From positions 42,854-106,853 of IMG/VR virus record IMGVR_UViG_3300000439_000009: 64,000 nucleotides of DNA; one strand, written 5' to 3'. The notes below the pieces were generated by a model, which saw only the letters and a list, made by a program, of their open reading frames with translations, was not told the origin of the DNA and did not search any database. Source of the DNA: a virus. Its lineage: Duplodnaviria; Caudoviricetes. Positions within the stretch are counted from its first letter, which is position 1; each line of letters begins with the position of its first letter. The position numbers and the translations under genes are program-made. This document shows positions 18,760 to 27,676 of this stretch, piece by piece.

Positions 18760-19992
18760 TTAAAGCTGAGGAATGTCCATTTCATAAATTTCTTGGACTA
18801 TACCACGATTAAGATCCCAATCTAGATAAAATGCAAAATCAGTACCATGACGATTTTTTCTACTTACAATTTCCATGATATTTGTATCTGGTCGTTTGTG
18901 GATTGCCATCGCCATATCCGCATCGTATTCAATAGCCTTGGACCATGCAACTTGTGAAAGCAATGGTGGAGATTCTTGATCCGATACATCATCCATAGTA
19001 GCAGCAGTAATATCAATAATTGGAATAGCGTTTCGGACAGCAAGCAATTTAAAGTCACGAGAAATATTTCTATTTCTTTCTACTTCTGATTTGGCTCCAG
19101 ATGAATCATTAAATAACTGATGATAATCAAGGATAACTAGATCAGGCTTATACTGATCAATTTTAGCCTGTACTGTATTTGGAGTTACTTGACCAGCACC
19201 CTCATTTGATATAAGAATAAATCCTTGCTTATCTGTAAACTTGTCTGATGCCCATGTGTGAAAATCATCTGTATTTACCATACCCTTTTGAAAGTCTGAA
19301 GCCTTAAACAATCCCGACCCCATCATAGTATAAATACGATCTCTCATATTTTCTGGAGACATTTCAAGGGATATAATCATAGGCTTAAAACCCTGTTCCC
19401 AAGCCTTACAAGCCAAATAAGAAGACATCCAAGTTTTACCCCTACCCGCCCATCCAATCATGACTATAAGGTGCCCTGGAGCCATTCCAGTGGGGTAAGC
19501 AAGGTCAATGGCTTTAAACCCCGTCTTAATTCCTGGGCTACCGCCCATGGCAAGAGATCTTTCACGAACAGACTCAAAATGCTTTTCTGCAGTTTCAAAA
19601 TCTGTAAGGTCAACATCTCGAACATTGCCCGTCATTCTTGTAAGGTTAGATATTTCAGTCTGCATCTCCATAAGGACTCTCGTTGCAGAATCTGTTTTTA
19701 AACGGGATCCGTTTTTTAAAAGAAGATCTTTAATTCTACTTGTAAGAAATTCATTCTTAAGATTATCTAAATAATATCCAGTCTCACCTTTGACTACTTC
19801 TGGCTCAAAATCTTTAAACTTTTCTTGAAGTACACTTACATCTGGAACCGCTCTAAATTTAAGATAATAAGATTTAAGACCTTCCCATACATCACGGTGA
19901 GAAAGAAAAATATCATCAACATTATCTGCTAAAATAGTTGCTATATCTTTATTCTTACATACAGCTGATAGTACCGCTGCTTCACTATTCAT
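18760..19992 (-). CDS. dnaB: DnaB-like replicative helicase
   Basis: GIKTGF..ID, GWAGRGKT, ISLEMS, VILDY, IEYDAD, KNRHG. Confidence 0.92.
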   Translation of the reverse strand: MNSEAAVLSAVCKNKDIATILADNVDDIFLSHRDVWEGLKSYYLKFRAVPDVSVLQEKFKDFEPEVVKGETGYYLDNLKNEFLTSRIKDLLLKNGSRLKTDSATRVLMEMQTEISNLTRMTGNVRDVDLTDFETAEKHFESVRERSLAMGGSPGIKTGFKAIDLAYPTGMAPGHLIVMIGWAGRGKTWMSSYLACKAWEQGFKPMIISLEMSPENMRDRIYTMMGSGLFKASDFQKGMVNTDDFHTWASDKFTDKQGFILISNEGAGQVTPNTVQAKIDQYKPDLVILDYHQLFNDSSGAKSEVERNRNISRDFKLLAVRNAIPIIDITAATMDDVSDQESPPLLSQVAWSKAIEYDADMAMAIHKRPDTNIMEIVSRKNRHGTDFAFYLDWDLNRGIVQEIYEMDIPQL

Positions 19993-20314
19993 TAGATTCC
20001 GTCTCTACTAAAATTCTTGTCTGCTCCATAAGCATTCTTCTACGCTCTTTATCTGCTTCAGATTTTACCATAACGTCATCTATTCTGTCAAAGTTGTATA
20101 GGAACCAGTTTAAAGGATGGCCTGGCTTGTTACATTTAAAATAATATTCTATCAATTGCTTAGCACGATCAAATCCAACAGTATCAATAACATCCTGCAT
20201 GGCCCACTTCTCTCTATACCGATTTACAACTGGTTGTCTAGAGTAATGTGTTTTGTACAGGGCAATGTACAGAGATACGAGTGCGTATGCCTGCTGAGCA
20301 TCTTGCTTTGCCAT
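19985..20314 (-). CDS. Hypothetical protein, coupled upstream of the helicase
   Basis: 109-aa ORF overlapping the helicase start. Confidence 0.6.
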   Translation of the reverse strand: MAKQDAQQAYALVSLYIALYKTHYSRQPVVNRYREKWAMQDVIDTVGFDRAKQLIEYYFKCNKPGHPLNWFLYNFDRIDDVMVKSEADKERRRMLMEQTRILVETESNE

Positions 20315-20529
20315 TATTTCTTACCTTTAATCTCAGATTCTATTTGATTAACTTTTTCAATTAGTTGATTTTCAACAAACTTATAAACACGATCTGTTGC
20401 AGTGGTGGTGTTTTCACCTTCTCGAACCCAGTCTTCAATACCTAGACCGACCTTAACGCTTTCAAAGTTTCCAAGATTGCGTGTAAAGTGTAGTTCTACT
20501 TTAATCTTCGTCTGATCCATCTTGTTCAT
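20314..20529 (-). CDS. Conserved small phage protein
   Basis: KVELHFTRNLGNFESVKV motif; coupled to its neighbours. Confidence 0.6.
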   Translation of the reverse strand: MNKMDQTKIKVELHFTRNLGNFESVKVGLGIEDWVREGENTTTATDRVYKFVENQLIEKVNQIESEIKGKK

Positions 20530-20743
20530 CTTCCTTCTTTAAAGGTGGGAAGCCAAAGCCAGTCTTAAACTTCTTAGTATTCTTATCTGCTAAGTGCTGG
20601 TATAGCAACATCATTCTGTCTGATATTGCAATTATAGCATCCAGCTCTTCCTTTTGTAAAGCCAATTCCATAGCATGCTCTAATACAGTTAAAGACATAT
20701 CTAATGCATGCTTAGCTTCTTTACTTAATTTATTATCTACCAT
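20501..20743 (-). CDS. Hypothetical protein (80 aa)
   Basis: Start reassigned to the ATG at 20743 (MVDNKLSKEA...), by comparison with the duplicated copy starting at 20885. Confidence 0.55.
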   Translation of the reverse strand: MVDNKLSKEAKHALDMSLTVLEHAMELALQKEELDAIIAISDRMMLLYQHLADKNTKKFKTGFGFPPLKKEDEQDGSDED

Positions 20744-20937
20744 TCTGGTTGTTTCCAAACTGGGATAAACTCCCCATCGTTGTCTTTAACATATATTGTA
20801 CAGCCAATTCCATTGTAAATTCCAACACTTTAAATGCTTGATGTAACACATGGGTTGCTTCTTTATTTGATTTCTTATCTACCATTCAGGTTGCTTCCAA
20901 ACTGGGACAAATGCCCCATCGTTGTCCTTTACGTATA
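20655..20937. repeat. Diverged direct tandem duplication, period 142 bp
   Basis: Both units encode YVKDNDG(A/E)F(V/I)PVWKQPEW* overlapping MVD.K..KEA.H.L......VLE..MELA.Q. Confidence 0.85.
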
Positions 20938-21394
20938 AGACGGTCTCATTACGCAGTAGGGCTTCTAATTCTACCTTACTTGGAATATTACTTGCAGTTA
21001 CATTTCCGTCATTTCTAGGTCTACCTATATGAACGGTTTTAAAAAATTCTCTAATGTTTCTTATATCTTCATCTGTAAAATAATATCTGCTCAATTTAGT
21101 TTTATCATCTAATGCATGAGCTTGCTGTGGCTTGGGAATGTCCCCAGATCTTAAATGTCTTTTAATTGTATCAACGTGCCTATTAATTATTTTTCCTACT
21201 TCAGAAATGGAATAAGCGTGTTTTTTATTTTTCTGCACATCTGTGTAGTTATAAGCCACACGCTTACTCTTAACAAAGTCCCATGCAATCACTGTGTCTT
21301 CAGTACGATTTATCTGAAGTGCTTTATGAAGTGAATCATTTAGGTAGAAATACAATAATCGGCGTTGAGCCTTTTTTCTTGTTTGCTTAACCAT
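20879..21394 (-). CDS. MerR-like HTH DNA-binding protein
   Basis: YSISEVGKIINRHVDTIKRHLRSGDIPKP...RYYFTDEDI. Confidence 0.75.
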   Translation of the reverse strand: MVKQTRKKAQRRLLYFYLNDSLHKALQINRTEDTVIAWDFVKSKRVAYNYTDVQKNKKHAYSISEVGKIINRHVDTIKRHLRSGDIPKPQQAHALDDKTKLSRYYFTDEDIRNIREFFKTVHIGRPRNDGNVTASNIPSKVELEALLRNETVLYVKDNDGAFVPVWKQPEW

Positions 21395-21525
21395 TTACCG
21401 AACGCATTTCCATCTTTCTTGACAAACCATCTTTTTCCGCACATAAAACAAAATAACTCTACTCTAAGGTGCTGGGAAAACACACGATCTATAAAAACTC
21501 TGCCTTGACATTTCTTGCACCACAT
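21340..21525 (-). CDS. Small zinc-ribbon protein
   Basis: MWCKKCQGRVFIDR...ELFCFMCGKRW. Confidence 0.7.
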   Translation of the reverse strand: MWCKKCQGRVFIDRVFSQHLRVELFCFMCGKRWFVKKDGNAFGKWLSKQEKRLNADYCIST

Positions 21526-21543
21526 ATTAAGTTTTGCTTCTAA

Positions 21544-21807
21544 TTACTTAGCAGCTTTCAACTTATCTGTGACTGCATCTGTAGCCTGCTGGGCAACGAT
21601 ACCAAATGCTGGATCCTTCTTGTTAACAAAACGCAAGATTACTGGAACCAGTGAACCCCAAAGAGCGTTTGCTACAAGTGCGATCTGAGCACCCTTAAAA
21701 TTAACAATCGAAACATGGCTTGTGCTTGAAACGATTGTTGCTGCTGCGATAACCTGACCTAGCAAGTTACGAGCATACGATGCGACTAATGCTTGATTAA
21801 TCTTCAT
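21544..21807 (-). CDS. Holin-like membrane protein
   Basis: ATG at 21807 after GGAGG; SYAR..., two hydrophobic segments, LR.VN.KDPAFG motif as in actinophage holins. Confidence 0.6.
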   Translation of the reverse strand: MKINQALVASYARNLLGQVIAAATIVSSTSHVSIVNFKGAQIALVANALWGSLVPVILRFVNKKDPAFGIVAQQATDAVTDKLKAAK

Positions 21808-21820
21808 TTTTATGCCTCCT

Positions 21821-22624
21821 TTAGACACTAAATAATTTCCCGTCAACATAACATGTATAGTCTGGGGAAATTTCCACTATCTGTACGTGAGGATGAATAC
21901 CATTCTCAATGTGTGCGATAGCGAAACCTTTTTGCCAGTCATGGTGTTGAGTGTACTTCATTCCTGAAGACTTCTCGTCACACATATGACCGATCTCATA
22001 GCCACGTAAACTTCTTCCACCTGTTGCTATCGGCAACTCATAAGTTGCAAAGTGTGAAGCAATTCTGTGGGAATGGCCTCTAATTAAAGATACCTGTAAA
22101 TCAAGTACATCTTTTCTTACAGCACCCGAATCTGCAATTGATAAACCATGATGTACATGGATGTCACCAAAGCGATGTCTTGGCAATTCATTGTAATATA
22201 TATAATCATACCCCAAAGAATCTAAAGACCATAATGATTCTGGTGTAATATCTGCCAAATATTCTGGCATCTTTTTATCTAAATAATCAAAGATTCTAAT
22301 ATCGTGATTTCCCAATGCTGAAAAAAGCTGGGCATTTGGAAGCATCTCTCTAGTCTTTGCATAAAAATCTCTAGCACCTTTTGCTTCATGACGCATCATA
22401 GGGACAATTAAATCCTTGCTATCATTTTTGTGAAGCTGTAAAAATTCTGCTGATCTACCTTCTGTATATTTACTATAACAAGCTTGATCATCGGTATCCC
22501 CCAAATAATCAACTACGTCTGGTTTAAACCACTTCATGACTTTAAACCAAAGCTCAATAGCTTTATCGTCTTGATATGGGAATTGCTGATCGGATGATAA
22601 CATCCATTTTAAATCGTTAGCCAA
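21821..22624 (-). CDS. Calcineurin-like metallophosphoesterase
   Basis: SDQQ, GDTDD, GNHD, HHG, GHSH motifs. Confidence 0.85.
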   Translation of the reverse strand: MANDLKWMLSSDQQFPYQDDKAIELWFKVMKWFKPDVVDYLGDTDDQACYSKYTEGRSAEFLQLHKNDSKDLIVPMMRHEAKGARDFYAKTREMLPNAQLFSALGNHDIRIFDYLDKKMPEYLADITPESLWSLDSLGYDYIYYNELPRHRFGDIHVHHGLSIADSGAVRKDVLDLQVSLIRGHSHRIASHFATYELPIATGGRSLRGYEIGHMCDEKSSGMKYTQHHDWQKGFAIAHIENGIHPHVQIVEISPDYTCYVDGKLFSV

Positions 22625-22678
22625 TTAATAACCTTTCAAGTTAAAGACTAATATACAGTGCTTTATTTTATGAAGCAA

Positions 22679-22855
22679 TTATTGCGCAGTAATGTTTTTT
22701 AAACTATCGCTATAGTTCTGAATGGCGTTTTCTTTTTCTTGATCCATTAACATTGTAAGTTCTGCTCTTAACATGGCAATTTGAACTTCATAATTAGATG
22801 TTAATTCGCCTATACGTTGTTGTAGGGCGGTAATAATTAATTCCGCTTTTTCCAT
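22679..22855 (-). CDS. Small coiled-coil protein (58 aa; not in the ORF track)
   Basis: Hand translation MEKAELIITALQQRIGELTSNYEVQIAMLRAELTMLMDQEKENAIQNYSDSLKNITAQ*. Confidence 0.7.
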   Translation of the reverse strand: MEKAELIITALQQRIGELTSNYEVQIAMLRAELTMLMDQEKENAIQNYSDSLKNITAQ

Positions 22856-22870
22856 TATGTTCCGTTTCTA

Positions 22871-23104
22871 TTAGTTAGAAGGTGTGGCTGCTTGGAGTGT
22901 TGCTAGTTCTGCCTCTAATGCTGTTTTCTTGGCAGATAAATCATTAAGCTGTAAGTTTAAAGCATCAATTGCTGATTGGTCTGGCATAGCAACTGCTTGA
23001 TTTTCTTTAATGCTTAATCCAATGTTGTACTGACTGTAAATCAAATTTCTTAGATGTTGATCTACTACTTGAATTTTTTCTGCATTTGTAAGTTCTATTG
23101 TCAT
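22871..23104 (-). CDS. Small coiled-coil protein
   Basis: 77 aa; AAGGAGG RBS and TGATATAAT upstream. Confidence 0.7.
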   Translation of the reverse strand: MTIELTNAEKIQVVDQHLRNLIYSQYNIGLSIKENQAVAMPDQSAIDALNLQLNDLSAKKTALEAELATLQAATPSN

Positions 23105-23141
23105 ATTTTCCTCCTTCCTTATTATATCATAATTTAATTAT

Positions 23142-23399
23142 TTACCATTTGCCAATTGGGCAGGATGCATGTTTTATTTTAGATTTTACGGGCATAAAAC
23201 AACCACATTTTTTGCATTGATTTGTTATATTCATTAGCTCTGGGCAAGTTTTACATATATCATATCTTAAATCAGACTCTTCTTTAGATAGCCATTCTGT
23301 ACTAGGATTTAATACATCCCAAGGTTTTGCTGTTTTAGGCTTATCCAAAGATCCCGTTTTTTTATATATATCCCAAGGAGTTAATTCTTCTTCAGTCAT
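23142..23399 (-). CDS. Small Cys-rich protein (DUF6171-like), paralog of 62903..63142
   Basis: PW..L.P...R..IC..CP.L...T.QC..CGCFM..K.....CP..KW. Confidence 0.75.
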   Translation of the reverse strand: MTEEELTPWDIYKKTGSLDKPKTAKPWDVLNPSTEWLSKEESDLRYDICKTCPELMNITNQCKKCGCFMPVKSKIKHASCPIGKW

Positions 23400-23667
23400 T
23401 ATCTGGTATCTCTACTACTTCAAATGTCGGATTACTTCTAAAGGCTGCAACAAAAGGTAAAGACTCTTCTCCAAGTAAAATTTCTGCTTTAACATCACTA
23501 TCTACTATAAAATTAAACAAATATCCATTTGAAGATTCTAGTTCTGTGACTGTGGGATTTAATGAACAAGCTTGTTTAAATTTTTGCCAATAATCTGTAG
23601 CATTTTCCATTATTGTAAATGTCCCAACTGGATCTTCTTTAACATAAACTTTTACCATAGTTTTCAT
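23392..23667 (-). CDS. Small protein downstream of the PPFF fibre (possible assembly factor)
   Basis: 91 aa with an internal repeat (ACSLNPTVTEL / AAFRSNPTFEVVEI). Confidence 0.6.
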   Translation of the reverse strand: MKTMVKVYVKEDPVGTFTIMENATDYWQKFKQACSLNPTVTELESSNGYLFNFIVDSDVKAEILLGEESLPFVAAFRSNPTFEVVEIPDND

Positions 23668-23689
23668 TTTAACATCTTATCATAAAACA

Positions 23690-26600
23690 TTATTGTGAAC
23701 AAGTTCCTGGTACTGTACTTGTAGTTGAAGATGGGGAACATGGACCACAACCATTAAGATCAGAATAATAAGTAACTGTTTGACATTTTGCATTTACGCC
23801 GCTTCCAATTGTAGTTTGAGATACGGTACTTACTTGACAATTTGGTACACATGATGGAGCAAAGTATGGCGGGAAGAACGGTGGGAAGAATGGGAAGAAT
23901 GGTGGGAAGAATGGTGGGAAGAATGGTGGGAAGAATGGTGGGAAGAATGGTGATGGCGCAACTGTGCAAGCACCATTTGCTGCTGCAGCAAGTGCATCAT
24001 TTGAAGTTAATCTATAAACAGTTTTTGTTACAGTTCTTAATCCAGTAACAGTTGTATCCGTTGGAAGAGAGGATCCAGTAGTTGGACCAGACACTGAAGG
24101 TGCCTGATTATAAGTACCGAGCTGAATATCACAAATAGAGCTTCCAGTGTAGTATGTTACTACTGGAGCAAAGTATGGTGGGAAGAATGGTGGGAAGAAT
24201 GGTGGGAAGAATGGTGGGAAGAACGGTGGGAAGAACGGTGGGAAAAATGGTGGCGCAACGGTGCAATTTGCATTTGCTGCTGCAGATAACGCATCTGCAG
24301 ATGTCGCTCTATAAACAGTTTTGGTTATTCTTCCTGAATTATTAGCTGTAGTATCAGAAGGCATTGAATTAGCAGTATATGGTCCAGTTACATAGGGAGT
24401 AGTAATATAATAATTATTATTCAAATCACATAACGAAGTTCCAATATAATAGGTAACTGCGGTAATATATGAACTAAATACAGCACCGCTATTAGCAGTT
24501 CCGCCTGGACCAGTTGCTACGGAATAACCATATAATTGATAGCCGATATCAGCAGATGTAATTGTATATAAAGTTGTTGTAGCATTTGTACTGCTTGCAA
24601 GAAGTGTATTATTTGCGTCTGCTCTTCTAATGTATGTTGTATAATTTGTTGTATTTGTAAATGTTCCTACATCATATATAGCACTTTGACCTGGAACTGT
24701 ACCGCCATAAAACGAGCCACGTGTTGCAGTAGGTGCGGGAGCAACTGTACAAAGAGAATTAGCTGCTGCTGATAAAGCAGCGTCTGAAGTTAATCTGTAT
24801 ACAGTTTTTGTTATTGATTGAGATCCTGTAAATTGCGTATCTGTTGGGAGCGAAGATCCTGTAAAAGGTCCAGTTACATAGGGAGCATAAATATAATAAT
24901 TGTTTTGAGTACTACAATTTGAAGTTCCAACATAATAAGTAACTGTTCCATTACCTGTTACGGATGCAGAACCATTAGTATAACCTACCCTAGAAGTACT
25001 AACTGTTACTGTTGCACTCTGACCATTACTTAATCCAGAAACGGTAAATGTATTATTTCCAGTAACACTTGATGGACTCAATGTTCCTGCACTTGTATTA
25101 ATTGACCAGGAATAATTTGCATCATAATTGCTAAGAGAAAATGTAAAACCATCTGAAGTTTGTGTAGGAGATGAAAGTGAAGGGGTTAAGCCAGGTATTG
25201 AACAGATAGAATTCGTAGCAGCGGATAAAGCTTCTTGTGCACTAAATCTATATACAGTTTTTACATAATTTCCATTAAAAACTTGAACATTTGTATCTGC
25301 AGGAACTTTATCGTAAAGTGGTCCAGTTACTGAAGGTAATTTTGCATACGATCCATTAAGTGGATTACATTCTGAAGTTCCAGTATAATATGGATGATTT
25401 ACTAATTCTCCACCGCCATAAGTTTGAACAATTTGATATTCTGGCTTTACAGATTGACTAGAATTACTATTGCTGGCATATGTTGTAAAATATATATTTT
25501 GAGCATATATAGAATTTATTGTTATTGTATTTCCTTCGTAAACCAGTATATCTTGTGGCATAGACTTATATAATACATTATTAAATGTGCCAGTTCCTGA
25601 AGCTAAACCACTAATAGTATAGCTAACAACCCAACTATCTGTATGATCAGATGCATCTACACTTAATGTAACTTTATTTGGATCTTTACTATGAGTTGAT
25701 AGGTAGAGATTTTCAGTTCCAGATGAAGTAAATGTGATAGGACTTGAAACAACTTCAGAATTATTTTGTTGAGAGGCCCAGGTGTAGGGCGAAGTAGTAC
25801 CATAAACAACTCCATCGTAATGGGCAAACCAAAAACCTACATTAGTAGAAGATGATTGCTTACTCCATTTAATTTGAAATGTATTATTACCCAAATCAAC
25901 TAAAGATACATAGGGATTTTGATCTGGTATTTGCGTGGTATCGGTTATATAATAATTAAATGGATCTGGTGCAAAAACAGCTGTACCAGTTACATTTGCT
26001 GAATTTGAACTATACCCATTTGCACTAACAGTTATTTTAAAAGTGGCACTACTTCCTGGTGACATATTGCTAACATAAAAAGCCCAAGAATGAGAAGATG
26101 AAATTGGTACAGTTTGCCAATTAAAAATTGGAGGGGTGGGTAATGTAGAGGTATGGCTTATTAATTCTGCTGTATATGTATATCCAGAATTATAATTATT
26201 CACTGTTCCTTGAAAACCATCACCATGATCATGATTTCCGTCGCTATATCCACTTTGAACATTAGCAAATGTAGGCGCAGGTAATGGTGCGTTCACTACT
26301 TGATATAAATTAGAAAAGAAATCGTAATACTTTAAATCATTTCCTTGAACAAGATCTCTTACTATAAAATAATCTTGTGCGCCAGCTTCGTCAGCAGAAA
26401 CGGTATGCGTTGATGATGAATCATAACCCTCGTACCCTCCAGATTGCCCTCCAAGATAAGAATATGGATAAATATCTTGTGCGCCTGATGAAGTTTTTGC
26501 CCATTGAAAAACAGTTACAACAGAGCCTTTGTTATCTTTATACGTTCCTGGTGTAGAATAAAGAATGTCACCAGCTGTTATTCCGCTTGTTTTTATAACA

Positions 26601-27661
26601 CCTGTTGGGGATTTTGCAACTAATGTCGGGGGCGTTAATTGGGTAACTCCTGTAGAAATTTTTTGTGAAGATACTGCTACTGCTGAGGTGCCAACTCCAG
26701 CATTAAAAAATTTTGATCCTCCATTAGAAGCTGTTTCTACACAATATATATATTTACCTACTTCTGCACTTGTTATTGGCTGAGATACCGTGGTGCTTGA
26801 TAAAGGGTTTCCATTTTGAGTTAATTGACTTAAAGTTGTATAAGAATTTACAGCAGCACTAAACCACTGATATGTATATGTTTTTGGCATGTAGCCATCT
26901 GTCATCTGCCATAAAGATGAATAAGATAAAATGGATCCACTTCCATACCCATTAGATGAACTGATCTGTTTAGATATATTTACTGGCGGGTTAGTAACAA
27001 CATAAATTCTTGCAGAACCTTCATCACTTGAATCTTCTCCGTATATATAATGAATTCCATCTGTATCTTTTGTTGTGGTATTTGCTTGAACTGTAAATGA
27101 AACATATAAATCATCATATGTAAAATCTAATAATATTTGAGGAACTTGTGTAGAAGTTTTATCATTAGATAAAATTGGATCAGTTGAATTTGTATTTGAT
27201 ATAGTTAATGGAGAACTTGTATATGTTGAACTATTTAATGTTACCCCGCCCAGACTGGTGGTTGGGTCAGTAAATCCGTTTACATACCAATCAAAATTAC
27301 TTATTGTATATCCGTTAGGGTCCCAGTCCCCCACATATCCAAGTAATTTATTTTGAACATAAACGTTTCCAGTTCCTGCGGGAGCACTTGGATTTGGCAT
27401 AGTTCCTATAACTATCCAAGCTGGTATGTGTTTTTGTGCATCTAAAAAATACGGGTAATTATCTGCATATGGGACGGTAGTCGGAAAAAATCTTCTCCAT
27501 CCGCCTACTCCAGCAATAGTTTTTACATAAATAACCTTTACATCTTTCCAAACAGCGGTTGCAGTTTTTACGGAAACAGTTTTTATTTTATTCCATACGC
27601 TAGATGGGGATGCATTTGGATCACTTGGGTCGCTTCCGCTAGTCTTTACGTATAATGGCAT
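23690..27661 (-). CDS. Minor tail/fibre protein with Ig-like domains, four two-Cys repeats, (PPFF)n tracts and a Cys-rich tip
   Basis: Last large gene of the tail module; S/T/G/Y-rich; Ig-like motifs (YTYQW...AEVGKYIYC.ETASN; YTITSADIGYQL); PPFF tracts. Confidence 0.75.
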   Translation of the reverse strand: MPLYVKTSGSDPSDPNASPSSVWNKIKTVSVKTATAVWKDVKVIYVKTIAGVGGWRRFFPTTVPYADNYPYFLDAQKHIPAWIVIGTMPNPSAPAGTGNVYVQNKLLGYVGDWDPNGYTISNFDWYVNGFTDPTTSLGGVTLNSSTYTSSPLTISNTNSTDPILSNDKTSTQVPQILLDFTYDDLYVSFTVQANTTTKDTDGIHYIYGEDSSDEGSARIYVVTNPPVNISKQISSSNGYGSGSILSYSSLWQMTDGYMPKTYTYQWFSAAVNSYTTLSQLTQNGNPLSSTTVSQPITSAEVGKYIYCVETASNGGSKFFNAGVGTSAVAVSSQKISTGVTQLTPPTLVAKSPTGVIKTSGITAGDILYSTPGTYKDNKGSVVTVFQWAKTSSGAQDIYPYSYLGGQSGGYEGYDSSSTHTVSADEAGAQDYFIVRDLVQGNDLKYYDFFSNLYQVVNAPLPAPTFANVQSGYSDGNHDHGDGFQGTVNNYNSGYTYTAELISHTSTLPTPPIFNWQTVPISSSHSWAFYVSNMSPGSSATFKITVSANGYSSNSANVTGTAVFAPDPFNYYITDTTQIPDQNPYVSLVDLGNNTFQIKWSKQSSSTNVGFWFAHYDGVVYGTTSPYTWASQQNNSEVVSSPITFTSSGTENLYLSTHSKDPNKVTLSVDASDHTDSWVVSYTISGLASGTGTFNNVLYKSMPQDILVYEGNTITINSIYAQNIYFTTYASNSNSSQSVKPEYQIVQTYGGGELVNHPYYTGTSECNPLNGSYAKLPSVTGPLYDKVPADTNVQVFNGNYVKTVYRFSAQEALSAATNSICSIPGLTPSLSSPTQTSDGFTFSLSNYDANYSWSINTSAGTLSPSSVTGNNTFTVSGLSNGQSATVTVSTSRVGYTNGSASVTGNGTVTYYVGTSNCSTQNNYYIYAPYVTGPFTGSSLPTDTQFTGSQSITKTVYRLTSDAALSAAANSLCTVAPAPTATRGSFYGGTVPGQSAIYDVGTFTNTTNYTTYIRRADANNTLLASSTNATTTLYTITSADIGYQLYGYSVATGPGGTANSGAVFSSYITAVTYYIGTSLCDLNNNYYITTPYVTGPYTANSMPSDTTANNSGRITKTVYRATSADALSAAANANCTVAPPFFPPFFPPFFPPFFPPFFPPFFPPYFAPVVTYYTGSSICDIQLGTYNQAPSVSGPTTGSSLPTDTTVTGLRTVTKTVYRLTSNDALAAAANGACTVAPSPFFPPFFPPFFPPFFPPFFPFFPPFFPPYFAPSCVPNCQVSTVSQTTIGSGVNAKCQTVTYYSDLNGCGPCSPSSTTSTVPGTCSQ
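23861..23956. repeat. 12-bp tandem repeat (gggaagaatggt)n encoding PPFF
   Basis: Seen directly; near-identical units. Confidence 0.95.
24170..24253. repeat. 12-bp tandem repeat encoding PPFF
   Basis: Seen directly; same unit as 23861-23956. Confidence 0.95.
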
Positions 27662-27676
27662 TTTTTAAATTCTTTC

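Noticed and set aside
20655-20937. Duplication as a DGR template/variable repeat pair
   Set aside because: Differences are not adenine-specific, many are synonymous, and there is no reverse transcriptase in the window.
23842-24345. Plus-strand ORFs with MVGR repeats and a minus-strand ILPT-repeat ORF
   Set aside because: They are antisense or alternate-frame shadows of the PPFF 12-mer array inside a long gene.
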